Source: a virus. From it: a stretch of 64,000 nt of DNA. The stretch lies in the IMG/VR virus record IMGVR_UViG_3300008448_011290. The stretch is one strand, 5' to 3'. The position numbers and the translations under genes were made by a program. The notes beneath the pieces were generated by a model. It ran no database searches, was not told the DNA's origin, and saw only the letters and a list, made by a program, of their open reading frames with translations. This document shows, in pieces, positions 1 through 9,691 of the stretch. How positions within the stretch are numbered: the stretch's first letter is position 1; each line of letters starts with the position of its first letter.

Positions 1-1743
1 ATAATTTTTTGTGGCTGCATCTTGACTGGCGATTGGATCACTCACATTCGAAATGACATTGCCACTCACACTCAATATGCCACTAATGTTCACAGCATCA
101 TTGATCTGTATGGCTGTGGAGTCCTCTGATGTTAAATCATTGGTAACAATGGTTTTGGCAGTGAACGTGCCAGATACATTCACAGCATCATTGATCTGTA
201 TAGCAGATGAATCAGATGATGATATCTCATTCACATCCAACACATCTGCACTCAGTGTGCCTGACACATTCAATCCGTCATTGACCTGTATAGCAGTAGA
301 ATCACCGGAACTGATGTTGTTGGTAACGAATGTTGGCGCTGTTAGAGTGCCAGACACATTCATGCCATCTGCAACTTGCACAGCAGTAGAATCATTGCTG
401 GAAATCTGATTAACTTCGATATTATTAACACCTGTGATACTGCCTGATGTACCGTGAGTGACAAAACTTGCGGCTGTGATAGTGCCGCTGGCATTTAAAC
501 TGTCATTCACTCGTATAGCAGTGGATTCAGTGCTGGATAATTCATTGGTTTGTATGGTGTTAGCAGTCAGTGTGCCTGATACGTTCAATCCGTCGTTGAT
601 CTGTATGGCAGTGGAATCTGTGGATGATATCTCGTTTATGGTTATTGCATTTGACAGAGCTATGGTGATGGTGTCTGTGGAATCCTGTGAGGCAGTGGTG
701 TCGATGCTGTTGCCGCCTGCTATCCTAACGGATTCATTGCCGCCCACATAGAATCCTGAGCTGTCGTCACTGACAAACTGTATTGGGTCTCCAGATCCTT
801 TAACTACGATGAAAGATCCCATGAATGCGTGGTTTTGACACTGATATGACAATCGTCCTCTACTTGGAAAATCTATATACAACTCGGTGTAGGCACCACT
901 GGTTCCGGCTGTGCCCACCTGTGTCACATATGAGCTGGAGCCAGAAAAATCTGGAAATACCCTGCTCTTGTATTCATCATAGTAAATGTTGATAGGATGA
1001 GTGGAATTGCTGGCAGCTGATTGGTTGAATCTATATATCTTGCCTTGCTGTATGTCTATGTAGGGTGCTGCCACTCCGTTGATGTAGTAACATGCGGTGG
1101 ATCCCTGACCGAACCACTTGCCGTCTGCTGGTTTAGAACCCACAGTGACGGTTAGGTTCACTACTGCAGTAGTAGCTGCCTCTATGTGTGCGTTCCTAGT
1201 GATGAATGTGTCAGCGATCACGCTGGCATTGGTTTCTTTGGGCAACGTGATGTTGCCAGAAACATTGATCGAGTCGTTGATCTGTATAGCCGAGCTGTCG
1301 GTGCTGGATATCTCATTGACATTAATGTTGGTGCTGCCAGTGATAGTAACTATATCGTTCACCACTGCAGTAGTGATGTTGTTGCCACCTGTAAATCTTA
1401 GGGTCTCTGCTGTGTTGATTGTAGAACCTGAGGAATCATCGCCTACGAAAGTGATACCTGTAAAAGGACTTAAATTTGTGAAACTTAATGTACCAGTGCC
1501 ATTTGTAGTCAGCACTTGACCGTTGCTGCCATCTGCTGTGGGATAGGTTAGACCACCTGCTACCAACCCTGTGGTAGTGGTTGTGCCGTCGACTTGTAAT
1601 GCTGTTGATGGAGAAGAAGTCCCGATTCCAACTCGTGCGTTAGTAACGTCAAGATAAAGAATGTTGGTTTCAAATGCTAGATCTACCCCGTTTCTAGTCA
1701 GGTTAGATTTCAACATTGAACCAGATATACGGCCTATAGCCAT
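1..1743 (-). CDS. Tail fibre-like virion protein, truncated by the window edge (N-terminal 581 aa visible); has ~30-aa repeats and a cupredoxin-like domain
   Basis: Absent from the ORF track because no stop lies in the window. ATG at 1743 reads MAIGRISGSMLKSNLTRNGVDLAFETNILYLDVTNARVGIGTSSP and stays open to base 1 (...DPIASQDAATKNY). GGAG RBS and TAAATA lie upstream. N-terminus is paralogous to 3036..5108 and 6119..7117. Confidence 0.85.
   Translation of the reverse strand, partial: MAIGRISGSMLKSNLTRNGVDLAFETNILYLDVTNARVGIGTSSPSTALQVDGTTTTTGLVAGGLTYPTADGSNGQVLTTNGTGTLSFTNLSPFTGITFVGDDSSGSTINTAETLRFTGGNNITTAVVNDIVTITGSTNINVNEISSTDSSAIQINDSINVSGNITLPKETNASVIADTFITRNAHIEAATTAVVNLTVTVGSKPADGKWFGQGSTACYYINGVAAPYIDIQQGKIYRFNQSAASNSTHPINIYYDEYKSRVFPDFSGSSSYVTQVGTAGTSGAYTELYIDFPSRGRLSYQCQNHAFMGSFIVVKGSGDPIQFVSDDSSGFYVGGNESVRIAGGNSIDTTASQDSTDTITIALSNAITINEISSTDSTAIQINDGLNVSGTLTANTIQTNELSSTESTAIRVNDSLNASGTITAASFVTHGTSGSITGVNNIEVNQISSNDSTAVQVADGMNVSGTLTAPTFVTNNISSGDSTAIQVNDGLNVSGTLSADVLDVNEISSSDSSAIQINDAVNVSGTFTAKTIVTNDLTSEDSTAIQINDAVNISGILSVSGNVISNVSDPIASQDAATKNY
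70..650 (-). repeat. Degenerate ~90-bp (30-aa) coding tandem repeats, consensus ~NEISSTDSTAIQINDGLNVSGTLTA
   Basis: Recurring 'ttgatctgtat(a/g)gcag...gaatc' and 'gtgcc(t/a)ga(t/c)acattca' units; one more copy near 1270-1320. Confidence 0.8.
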
Positions 1744-1819
1744 ACCGAGCTCCCTGTTCTATGTTAGTGAGGATATCCTCACACAGCCTGATTACATTGC
1801 CGGCTGACCGCAGTATAGG

Positions 1820-1825
1820 TATTTA
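1820..1825 (-). promoter_or_regulatory. Putative late promoter (TAAATA) for the fibre gene at 1743
   Basis: Minus strand reads cATAAATA just downstream of a terminator and upstream of a structured leader; same motif precedes most structural genes. Confidence 0.6.
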
Positions 1826-1838
1826 TGCTATAAACGAG

Positions 1839-1860
1839 AAAAGGGCCTTGCGGCCCTTTT
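1839..1860 (-). terminator. Rho-independent terminator (possibly bidirectional)
   Basis: AAAAGGGCC-ttgc-GGCCCTTTT perfect stem with GCAA loop on minus strand, just after the stop of 1887..2939. Confidence 0.85.
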
Positions 1861-1886
1861 CAACTACTTAGGAAGTGTTTTACTTA

Positions 1887-2939
1887 TTAGTTCTTTGCTT
1901 GAACGAAACAATTTACCATTCCAATACCTGCATCAGATTTGCTCTCAAGAGCTCTTCCAATAACGTGGAAAGGGTTGATTGATTCGCCAGTTTTAGCAGC
2001 TCTAGCAGTGCCTTTTACGCTAGATGATACTATTCTGTCACCTTTGTTAACTGCGCCGATAACTCTCACAGGAGTTCTACCAGTCATAGCCACAAAAGGA
2101 TGTGATTCGTTGTTACCAGCACTTGAGTTCATCATGTAAGCTGGTTTTGAAGAAATAACACCAAAAACTTTTTCAGAAAGTTCTTCTGAAGTTTCAGTAA
2201 TTTCTTGTGTTCCACCCAACATAACCACTGCGCCTTCAGTCATTGGAGCATCTGCTGCAAATCTCTCCGCGATATCCGCGTATTGAGCTGAAGTTGCTGT
2301 AGCGTTAACGATTCTGCATCGTATGTCCACTAAAGTCGCGTCTTGCGAGTTTATAAATCCTGGATCGTTGGTAGAATTCGCTCTCAGTGCAGTCCATGCA
2401 CCACCAGCGGCAGCTGCATAGATAGTAGAAGCGTCATCTGCAAATGTTTCATCCCAAACCCAAAACAGATCTTGTTCTGTGGCAGATGATGTTTCACCTC
2501 TGTTTACTTTTAATCCAGACATAGAAGGCATTCCTGCATTGCCAGAAACGTTTCTGTTCACTTCAATGATATTGTCTTCTACTGATAATGTAGTGGTATT
2601 GATAATAGTGTTTGTTCCAGATACTGTTAAGTTACCGTTGATTCTAACGTCGCTAGCAAATGTAGTTTGAGACGCTGTGGCCGTTTGCACTGTGGTACCG
2701 TCTACTACAGTTGCAATTGATCCAGTGCCTGAATCTGTCACTGTGATACTTGTATTGCCTGTACCGATAGTTGCAAATGATAGAGCAGCAATCGAGTCGT
2801 CTACGTATTTTTTGTTGGCTGAATCTCCGTCTGCTGTTGGTGCAGCAGTTGTTAATCCTGTTATTTTATTTGTTGTAGCGCTAATAGCGACATCACCCAC
2901 TGATAGTCCGTTATTAACTCTAAAGTTTCTTGTTGTCAT
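1887..2939 (-). CDS. Virion fibre protein with C-terminal intramolecular-chaperone/autocleavage (peptidase G2-like) domain
   Basis: Fibre motifs DSANKKYVD and NGNLTVSGTNTIINTTTLSVEDN; C-terminal AQYADIAERF...GVISSKPAYMMN...VAMTGRTPVRV...KGDRIVSS...IGRALE. Confidence 0.7.
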   Translation of the reverse strand: MTTRNFRVNNGLSVGDVAISATTNKITGLTTAAPTADGDSANKKYVDDSIAALSFATIGTGNTSITVTDSGTGSIATVVDGTTVQTATASQTTFASDVRINGNLTVSGTNTIINTTTLSVEDNIIEVNRNVSGNAGMPSMSGLKVNRGETSSATEQDLFWVWDETFADDASTIYAAAAGGAWTALRANSTNDPGFINSQDATLVDIRCRIVNATATSAQYADIAERFAADAPMTEGAVVMLGGTQEITETSEELSEKVFGVISSKPAYMMNSSAGNNESHPFVAMTGRTPVRVIGAVNKGDRIVSSSVKGTARAAKTGESINPFHVIGRALESKSDAGIGMVNCFVQAKN

Positions 2940-3035
2940 GGTTCCATATCTCCCGCATGATTGTTAATTTTAAGCAGTATTGCTACTGCATGAGTATTTA
3001 TTGAATATACACAAATTTAAGGTACTAGTCAGCAA

Positions 3036-5108
3036 TTAATCAAATATGCTGTGTGGTAGATTCCAATAGCCGTCTGTGAATATCAGTGTTACAGAGGTAT
3101 TGTATGCTGTGTTTTGAGATTCACCAGTAAGTGAACCACCAAAGGGTAACCAGAAAGCCACGTTGCTGGCTTCCACAATATTACCTGATGTGTTTCTCCA
3201 TCTAGCATTGGCAAATTTCATTGATGTGTATTCAGCTGATAAATCTCCACCTGCAACAATGTACATGATTTGGCCTTCGATACCATCAGCCAGTGTATAT
3301 TGATCATCATCTCCTGAAGTTTGAGGAATAATTTTGTTCACTAACTTCGTTAGGTCTAATGCAATGGTGCCTGTGCTGCTGCCAGCATCTTTGGTTACTG
3401 TGGTTAATATATTGGTTGGTCCAGATCCACCTGCACCGTAATCAAATCCAACCAGTGCATATATTCTAGCACCCGGGTGTGGAGCTGATGTAAAAGTTAA
3501 AGTTGTGCCAGAAATTGTGTAGTTTTCTGTGGGTTCTTGATGCACGTTGTCAATGAATACCAGTACGTTGGCAGCCGATGCTGGTGTTGCAGCAAAGAAA
3601 CTTGAGAATATTGAAGTAGAACCATCACCTGTGGCTGATAATTTAGATATTGCTGGAGTGGTACCATCTGTGGTTACAAAACTAACCCATGTAGATCCAT
3701 CCTGTGATCCTTCATAGGATCCAGTTTGTGTGTTGAATCTTATAACACCTGTGGCAGCTGTGGGTCTAGCTGCTGTGTTACCTTGAGGTAATCTCACAGC
3801 ATCTGTACTATTGATATCTAAGATATATGATGGAGAATTTGTAGCAATACCAATTTTGTCAGTAGAAGCTTTAACAAATAATAATGCTGCTGTGTTGTCT
3901 CCTGAAATCTGTGTGTCTACAGAAGCAGCATCAGAATTAATTTGTATTGAGCTACCAGATGCACCTTGTATTTTTAATATTCCGGTATTGTTATCTAATG
4001 TTGTGTCTGTGCCATCATGAGCAATAGTAAAATCTGCAGAAGCACCCACTGTGAATGATTGTGAGTCTGCAGCAATGTCTAATCCTGCATTGGCATTTAA
4101 ATTTGTAGAAGCTGTGATTACACCGGTTGAGTTAGCAATAGTGATTGCTGCTGTACCGTCTAGTGCCTTGATTGCTCCTGTGTCTAACGATGTTCCTGCT
4201 ACTATAATACCTGCATGTAATTTTTGATATGCATCTATTGTGATATTACCTGCAGTGGCTCCTGTTTCTGCTGACGTGGTTGCAAATGCAAACTCATCTA
4301 ATGATTCATCCCAGAAGAAAGCAACGTTGGAGAATGATCCTCTGTTGAATAATATACCTTGGTCATATGTATTAGCATTTCCACCTGAATTATTTTTTGC
4401 TAGAATTAATAATGGATCTTCGATGCTCAATGTTGTAGATTCAATTGTTGTGGTTGAACCATTTACTATTAAGTTACCACCCACTGTTACGTTGCCTGAA
4501 GTATCTACAGTAGTGAATGTACCTGCGGCAGCTGAGTTAGCACCGATAACAGTACCATCAATCTCTCCGCCTGCAATGTCCACAGAAGTCATTGCTACTT
4601 GTCCTGTTCCGTTTGGAGTTATGGTGATATCTGTGTTGGTAGATAATCCGGTGATAGTTTGATTTGATATTTGTAAATTATTTAATTCTATGTTACCATC
4701 GCTTCGAATATGAGCAACATCGCCTTGTCCTTCTACGAAGAAATGAATTTGATTTTCATCTGCGGTTCTTTCTACTTGTACACCTGTGTTTTCATCTGCA
4801 TCTAACAATGATGATGCTGATGATAAGTTGGTCCATGCACCTGCCACATAACCTTCTAGAATACTGCGTTCACTGTTGTATCGAATATCTCCGTTAGCAC
4901 TTGTTCCTCTTTGAGCATCTGTTCCTGATGGTAATCTTAGAGCTCCTGTGTCGCTAATGTGTAATTTTCTTGCTGGTGATGCTGTTCCAACACCCACGTA
5001 TGAGTTGGTTACATCTAATACTAATAAATTTGTTTCGAATGCTAAATCTGTGCCTGACCTTAATAGGTTGGCTCTTAACATCTGTCCCGATATACGTCCG
5101 ATTGCCAT
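3036..5108 (-). CDS. Tail fibre-like virion structural protein
   Basis: 690 aa, T/S/G/A-rich; MAIGRISG N-terminus, repeated LRLPxGTxAxR...GxIRYN modules and a GDGST...F beta-sandwich repeat. Confidence 0.75.
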   Translation of the reverse strand: MAIGRISGQMLRANLLRSGTDLAFETNLLVLDVTNSYVGVGTASPARKLHISDTGALRLPSGTDAQRGTSANGDIRYNSERSILEGYVAGAWTNLSSASSLLDADENTGVQVERTADENQIHFFVEGQGDVAHIRSDGNIELNNLQISNQTITGLSTNTDITITPNGTGQVAMTSVDIAGGEIDGTVIGANSAAAGTFTTVDTSGNVTVGGNLIVNGSTTTIESTTLSIEDPLLILAKNNSGGNANTYDQGILFNRGSFSNVAFFWDESLDEFAFATTSAETGATAGNITIDAYQKLHAGIIVAGTSLDTGAIKALDGTAAITIANSTGVITASTNLNANAGLDIAADSQSFTVGASADFTIAHDGTDTTLDNNTGILKIQGASGSSIQINSDAASVDTQISGDNTAALLFVKASTDKIGIATNSPSYILDINSTDAVRLPQGNTAARPTAATGVIRFNTQTGSYEGSQDGSTWVSFVTTDGTTPAISKLSATGDGSTSIFSSFFAATPASAANVLVFIDNVHQEPTENYTISGTTLTFTSAPHPGARIYALVGFDYGAGGSGPTNILTTVTKDAGSSTGTIALDLTKLVNKIIPQTSGDDDQYTLADGIEGQIMYIVAGGDLSAEYTSMKFANARWRNTSGNIVEASNVAFWLPFGGSLTGESQNTAYNTSVTLIFTDGYWNLPHSIFD

Positions 5109-5191
5109 GCTTGACCTTTGGTTTTTTACATACTTTTACCTACTATTTATTGTATAAGTCCTAAAATAAATCCTTAAATATCCTTGTATAT

Positions 5192-5755
5192 ATGTCAGCT
5201 AAAATTATATCAATTGCAGGCGATTTGGGTGAATTAACACCGCAAAACCTGCCTGCAAATCTATTAGCTAGACTTGATACTTTAATTGTTGCAGGACAGC
5301 ATGCTCTACATAAACAAGCCGATTATGCTTGTGTAAACAATGCAGAACAGCTGGATAAACTCATGAAAGAACGAGCAGAAAAAACCACAATAATTGCTCC
5401 TCGAGATCAATATGCCAAATATATATTCTACAATAAAATAGAATGTGTTCCAGTATTTGAAGATCTTAAAACTTATAATTTTGATCCTCTAGATTGTTCG
5501 CAACAAATACTAGCATTAGCCACAGCATGTTGGGTTGGCAGTCCTATTATAGCTCTATTTGATTTTATGTTAGAGCCCAAAAAAGAAACTCCAGCTCTCA
5601 AAGCTATATTAAAAATATATCCTAATACTGGATTTCTTTTTGTTCGACTTAAAAAAGGTAATAAAATTACAGTGTTTGATGATGCTGCAAATCTTAAACA
5701 AATAGATGAGCAAGAATTTTTAAATTTTTATAATCAATATATTAAAAAAAAATAG
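5192..5755 (+). CDS. Hypothetical protein, possibly a degenerate Rossmann-like relative of 14713..15339
   Basis: 187-aa ORF with TAAATA at 5175-5180; loose pattern similarity (KIISIAG...ALATAC...IIALFDF...YPNTGFLFV). Confidence 0.6.
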   Translation: MSAKIISIAGDLGELTPQNLPANLLARLDTLIVAGQHALHKQADYACVNNAEQLDKLMKERAEKTTIIAPRDQYAKYIFYNKIECVPVFEDLKTYNFDPLDCSQQILALATACWVGSPIIALFDFMLEPKKETPALKAILKIYPNTGFLFVRLKKGNKITVFDDAANLKQIDEQEFLNFYNQYIKKK

Positions 5756-5756
5756 T

Positions 5757-6122
5757 ATGAAAAAATTAAAATATTATATCATGATAGAATGGCCTTCTAC
5801 TTGTCGCAATAGATCTGAACAAACATTAAAAGCAAGGCCGGATCTAGTACATAAAATAAATGAATTTACTACACGAGTAATAGATATTTGTAAAAAATAT
5901 AAAAATCCTATTCAAATAGATCAAAATTATAACATGATTGGTATAAAAACATGGTGGGCAGACGGAGAAGAATTATATCATTTTCTTATGACTCAAAAAG
6001 AAAACAATTTACAAGTTATTCCAGAGATTGGAGTAATTAATCAGTTGTCTGAAAGATTAGTAATGTTTAAATTCCAAGTACTTGGAACCAAAGATAAAAA
6101 AGATAGTATACTGGTCTATTAA
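5757..6122 (+). CDS. Hypothetical protein
   Basis: 121-aa ORF starting 1 nt after the previous stop; no recognised motif. Confidence 0.65.
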   Translation: MKKLKYYIMIEWPSTCRNRSEQTLKARPDLVHKINEFTTRVIDICKKYKNPIQIDQNYNMIGIKTWWADGEELYHFLMTQKENNLQVIPEIGVINQLSERLVMFKFQVLGTKDKKDSILVY

Positions 6123-7117
6123 ATTTGTGCGTCAGCAAATCCGCTAATAACAACTATTCTTGCACCCAAATGAGGAGCATCTCCTCCTGTGATAGTGATT
6201 GAGCTGGTAGAACCATCAGTGGTATAATTGTAATCGGGTTCTTGCATCACCCCATCGATATAAACTATTACATTTTCTGGAGCAGTAGACACGTTTGGAG
6301 ATATAAAAGTAACAGTAGAACCGTCTCCTGTGAACACATCTTTAATAACTTCTCGAGAAGTTTGTTCGGTCCTTAGAGCAGTCCATGTACTGCCGTCCTG
6401 TGATACTTCATATTTGCTGGTGTCGGTATTGTATCTTATAATTCCGGTCTGTGCTGTGGGTCTCTCTGCTGTGGAGCCTGATGGTAAAACTAATCCTGAT
6501 GTGCCTAATAATACAAATTTTCCTGTGCCACTGTTGTCCAATTCAAAATCGGCATTGCTAGAAGTTTGTGTTATAGTATTTCCAGAAAAAGAAAAGTTTC
6601 CAAGATTTACAGTGCCGCCTGCATTTAAATAATTTAATGTTACAAAATCCTGTGCATCCACAGGATCAGCACCTGCCATTCTTGCATACGCTGTGTCTTC
6701 AATGTTGGTTACAGTGCTGTCATCTGATGTGGATAATACTATTTTAAATTTGTCTGAGCCTTCGTCCCAATAAAACACTGCATTGTTGCCTACACCTTGT
6801 CTTTTAATCATTATACCAGCATCGTTGCCTGCGCTGGCACCACTGTTTAACAACAACATGTTGTCTTCTATTTCCATGTTAGTGGTGTTAACCACTGTGG
6901 TCTGTCCTGTGACTGTTAAATCTCCTGTGATTTGAACTGAATCTTGAAATCTTGCTGTACCGTTTACATCCAAAGCAAAGTTACCTGGTGCTGCTGTTCT
7001 AATACCGATACGAGTATTATCAACATCAATATATAATAGGTCTGTTTGGAATGCTAGATCACTAACCCTTGTAAGGTTAGATTCGAGCATGTTTCCACCG
7101 ATACGTTGAATAGCCAT
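6119..7117 (-). CDS. Fibre-like virion structural protein
   Basis: MAIQRIGGNMLESNLTRVSDLAFQTD N-terminus paralogous to 1743 and 5108 genes; GDLTVTGQTTVVNTTNMEIEDN and FTGDGSTVTF modules. Confidence 0.75.
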   Translation of the reverse strand: MAIQRIGGNMLESNLTRVSDLAFQTDLLYIDVDNTRIGIRTAAPGNFALDVNGTARFQDSVQITGDLTVTGQTTVVNTTNMEIEDNMLLLNSGASAGNDAGIMIKRQGVGNNAVFYWDEGSDKFKIVLSTSDDSTVTNIEDTAYARMAGADPVDAQDFVTLNYLNAGGTVNLGNFSFSGNTITQTSSNADFELDNSGTGKFVLLGTSGLVLPSGSTAERPTAQTGIIRYNTDTSKYEVSQDGSTWTALRTEQTSREVIKDVFTGDGSTVTFISPNVSTAPENVIVYIDGVMQEPDYNYTTDGSTSSITITGGDAPHLGARIVVISGFADAQI

Positions 7118-7177
7118 AATTTACAATTCGTATTTACCAGTATTTTTTAATTTTTATATCCGCATAAATACTGCCAT

Positions 7178-8008
7178 ATGTCTCTTTCGCCAATTAATAA
7201 ACCCACAAAAATATCTAATAGATCTATTGATTTAAATCAAATAAAACTGGATAAAAACTGTCTCAGTGGGGATCTTGTTGATGGTGGAACGATTACTAAT
7301 TTTAGCAGTTCTGGAATAAAAGATCTTGCTGACAATGTTCAGCTTATAATAGAGAACGAAGCTGTTACAATAGAAAAAGATTTACGAATAAAAGGCACAG
7401 TTGTAGCGGACAAATTACAATATATTCACGCACAAGTACCTAAAATTAATACTATGGAAGCTATAATGATTGATAGCAATGAAGTATTATGGAAAGATCG
7501 ATTAGGAAAAAGTGTTAAAAAAAGTAATCTACAACAGTTGGGTATATTGGACAATTTAGAAGTTAAAGAAACTTTTTATGCCAATGATGGTAGAGTGGGT
7601 GTCAATACAATGGCTCCTTCTCAAGAATTTTCTGTTTATGCTAAAGGACACGAAATAGTAACCACATTCCAAAATGATTCGGGTTTTGTAGGCACGTATG
7701 CACACGAAGCTTTTAGCATAGGCACAGATAACACAGCTAGATTAACTTGTAAGGCAACTGGTGAAATAGTGATTTACGAAAAATTAGGTATTGGTGTAAA
7801 AAATCCTGTAGAATCTCTAGAAGTAGCAGGAAATATTAAATTTGCTGGAAAAACGTTTTCATCCGGTAATGGAATACCTGCCACAGGCAGTTATCCAACA
7901 GGCAGTATAATATGGAACGATCAACCAGAGCCAGGTATGCCAGTGGGTTGGATTTGTATCAAAGGTGGACAGCCAGGCAATTGGCGATCTTTTGCTATTA
8001 TAAATTAA
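7178..8008 (+). CDS. Putative virion/fibre-associated protein
   Basis: GRVGVNTMAP and KLGIGVKNP..SLEVAGNIKF fibre-type repeats; C-terminal GSIIWNDQP..G.PVGWIC..GG.PG.W domain; TAAATA at 7165-7170. Confidence 0.65.
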   Translation: MSLSPINKPTKISNRSIDLNQIKLDKNCLSGDLVDGGTITNFSSSGIKDLADNVQLIIENEAVTIEKDLRIKGTVVADKLQYIHAQVPKINTMEAIMIDSNEVLWKDRLGKSVKKSNLQQLGILDNLEVKETFYANDGRVGVNTMAPSQEFSVYAKGHEIVTTFQNDSGFVGTYAHEAFSIGTDNTARLTCKATGEIVIYEKLGIGVKNPVESLEVAGNIKFAGKTFSSGNGIPATGSYPTGSIIWNDQPEPGMPVGWICIKGGQPGNWRSFAIIN

Positions 8009-8021
8009 TTAAATTTTATTT

Positions 8022-8453
8022 TTAAGATCCTACAGAATCAAATCCGTGTAGTATAGTTATTTTATGGTCGTTATCTCCAGGTACTCCTGTTGGGGCTGGG
8101 GGTGCAGAACCAAATGTAATTTGATATCCAGAAACACTGTAGTTTGTTGTAGGTATTTGATAAACACCTCCTATAAAGACTAAAATATTTTGAGGGTTTG
8201 ACTCTTGAACTGTCATTGTAAAAATTATTGTTGATCCATCTCCATCAAAACTATCTTTGGTTATTAATGCTGCTGATGACGATCCTGTAGATATGTTGGT
8301 CCAACCATTATCATACACTTGGAATGTGCCGGTTGTTGTGTTATAAATTATTTGTCCATTTTTTCCAGCTGGTCTATCTGTCGTTGATGTATTAACTATG
8401 CCTAATGCCAGTGCTTGATCATTTATGGCGTAGTTCTTTACGTATCTACCCAT
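8022..8453 (-). CDS. Small virion structural protein
   Basis: RPAGKNGQIIYNTT and FDGDGSTIIF...ILVFIGGVYQIP..NYSVSG modules shared with neighbouring fibre proteins. Confidence 0.7.
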   Translation of the reverse strand: MGRYVKNYAINDQALALGIVNTSTTDRPAGKNGQIIYNTTTGTFQVYDNGWTNISTGSSSAALITKDSFDGDGSTIIFTMTVQESNPQNILVFIGGVYQIPTTNYSVSGYQITFGSAPPAPTGVPGDNDHKITILHGFDSVGS

Positions 8454-8456
8454 GAA

Positions 8457-8777
8457 TTAGATTCCTATAGTTGATATTGTGGCATTAAATTGTGCTGAAG
8501 AATCTGGAGAGGCAATATAGATTTTAGCACCGTTTTCTAAAATTAATTTTTCAGAATCAATAATGTATGTGTCTTGAGATCTAATTAAAAGATTATTGTA
8601 AATTTTATGTTGTGGTCCTACTGAACCACCGTTTGGTACCACATATACATCTACGTTACCGTCTGATGTTGTGGTATTTGTAATATAAATTACTGTGACA
8701 GCAACTTCGGCTCCTGTGGTATTGTTATACGCTGCTGTTCCTGTTCCTGTTCCTACTGAATAATTTGTAATAGCCAT
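8457..8777 (-). CDS. Small beta-rich virion protein
   Basis: 106-aa ORF tightly packed in the late structural operon. Confidence 0.7.
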   Translation of the reverse strand: MAITNYSVGTGTGTAAYNNTTGAEVAVTVIYITNTTTSDGNVDVYVVPNGGSVGPQHKIYNNLLIRSQDTYIIDSEKLILENGAKIYIASPDSSAQFNATISTIGI

Positions 8778-8781
8778 ATTT

Positions 8782-9624
8782 TTATCCTAGAGCAATTGCA
8801 TAAGCTCTTGCTTTCTTCTTACTTATCAATTCTCCTTCTGTGCCAGAATCTACTGTTGAATTAACAAAAAATACGCCGGTTCCTCCACCGCCCACTGTTT
8901 TACTGTATACTTTAGTAATTGATCCTGCTGTGGGTGTGGAAGCATTGCTGCTGAATGTTAAAATATTATTAATAGTTACACTGCCAGTACCGTTGGCAGT
9001 TAAAGTTAAATTACTGTTGCTAGAATCTGATGTTATAGATGTAATGTTAATTAAATCGTTATTTAAATTAATTGTTGCTGTGTCGGGTTCAGATACTGCT
9101 GTGTTGATATTACTTCCTCCAGCAATTTTTAAAGTGTCTCCGCTTTGCAATACTACAGCAGACGAATCGTCTCCCACTATGCTAAGATCCAACGAAGTAA
9201 CTGCTGATAATTCAGTATCCACATAATTTTTAGTAGCTGCATCTGAATTATCTGCCGGCTCTGCTACTCTAACATTTGCTAAAGTTGCTGATGTTAATGG
9301 ACTAACACCTGCTCCATCGGTTGTGGTTGCTGCTTTAAATGCATCTTCGCTCTCGTCCCAATAGAATACAGAATTGTTACCAGCTGTGCCTCTGTTGACA
9401 TATATTCCTGCATCTAGAGAAGCTCCTGAATTGTTTCTTGCTAATTCTACAAAAGTATCTTCTACAGATAAAGTGGCTGTGTTAACTATTGTTTGGTCAC
9501 CATCAACTATTAAATCTCCGCGTACTCTAACTGTTTTTGAATCAAAATCTATTTGATTAGTGCCTGCTGTGCCGGCTCCTGCTCGTATTGTATAATCCCC
9601 TGATGTGCGTAGTGTTTTTGCCAT
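8782..9624 (-). CDS. Fibre-like virion structural protein
   Basis: GDLIVDGDQTIVNTATLSVED, FYWDESED and DAATKNYVD motifs; TAAATA at 9635-9640. Confidence 0.72.
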   Translation of the reverse strand: MAKTLRTSGDYTIRAGAGTAGTNQIDFDSKTVRVRGDLIVDGDQTIVNTATLSVEDTFVELARNNSGASLDAGIYVNRGTAGNNSVFYWDESEDAFKAATTTDGAGVSPLTSATLANVRVAEPADNSDAATKNYVDTELSAVTSLDLSIVGDDSSAVVLQSGDTLKIAGGSNINTAVSEPDTATINLNNDLINITSITSDSSNSNLTLTANGTGSVTINNILTFSSNASTPTAGSITKVYSKTVGGGGTGVFFVNSTVDSGTEGELISKKKARAYAIALG

Positions 9625-9648
9625 ATGTTACTTGTATTTATTACTGCA

Positions 9649-9674
9649 CAAGGGAGAGCCAAAACCCTCCCTTG
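9649..9674 (-). terminator. Stem-loop after 9692..10129 (possible terminator or processing hairpin)
   Basis: CAAGGGAG...CTCCCTTG inverted repeat; U-tract is weak. Confidence 0.4.
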
Positions 9675-9691
9675 CACTGTTAATATCGTTA

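Noticed and set aside
70-650. Possible CRISPR array or DGR-type repeats
   Set aside because: Repeats are degenerate, in-frame ~90-bp coding units varying mainly at synonymous sites; there is no repeat-spacer structure, adenine-specific variation or reverse transcriptase in the window.
53-1519. Plus-strand ORFs 53..409, 458..751, 1118..1519, and similar antisense ORFs across the window
   Set aside because: They are shadows of real genes on the opposite strand (here the open minus-strand fibre gene 1..1743); they lack RBSs and recognisable motifs.
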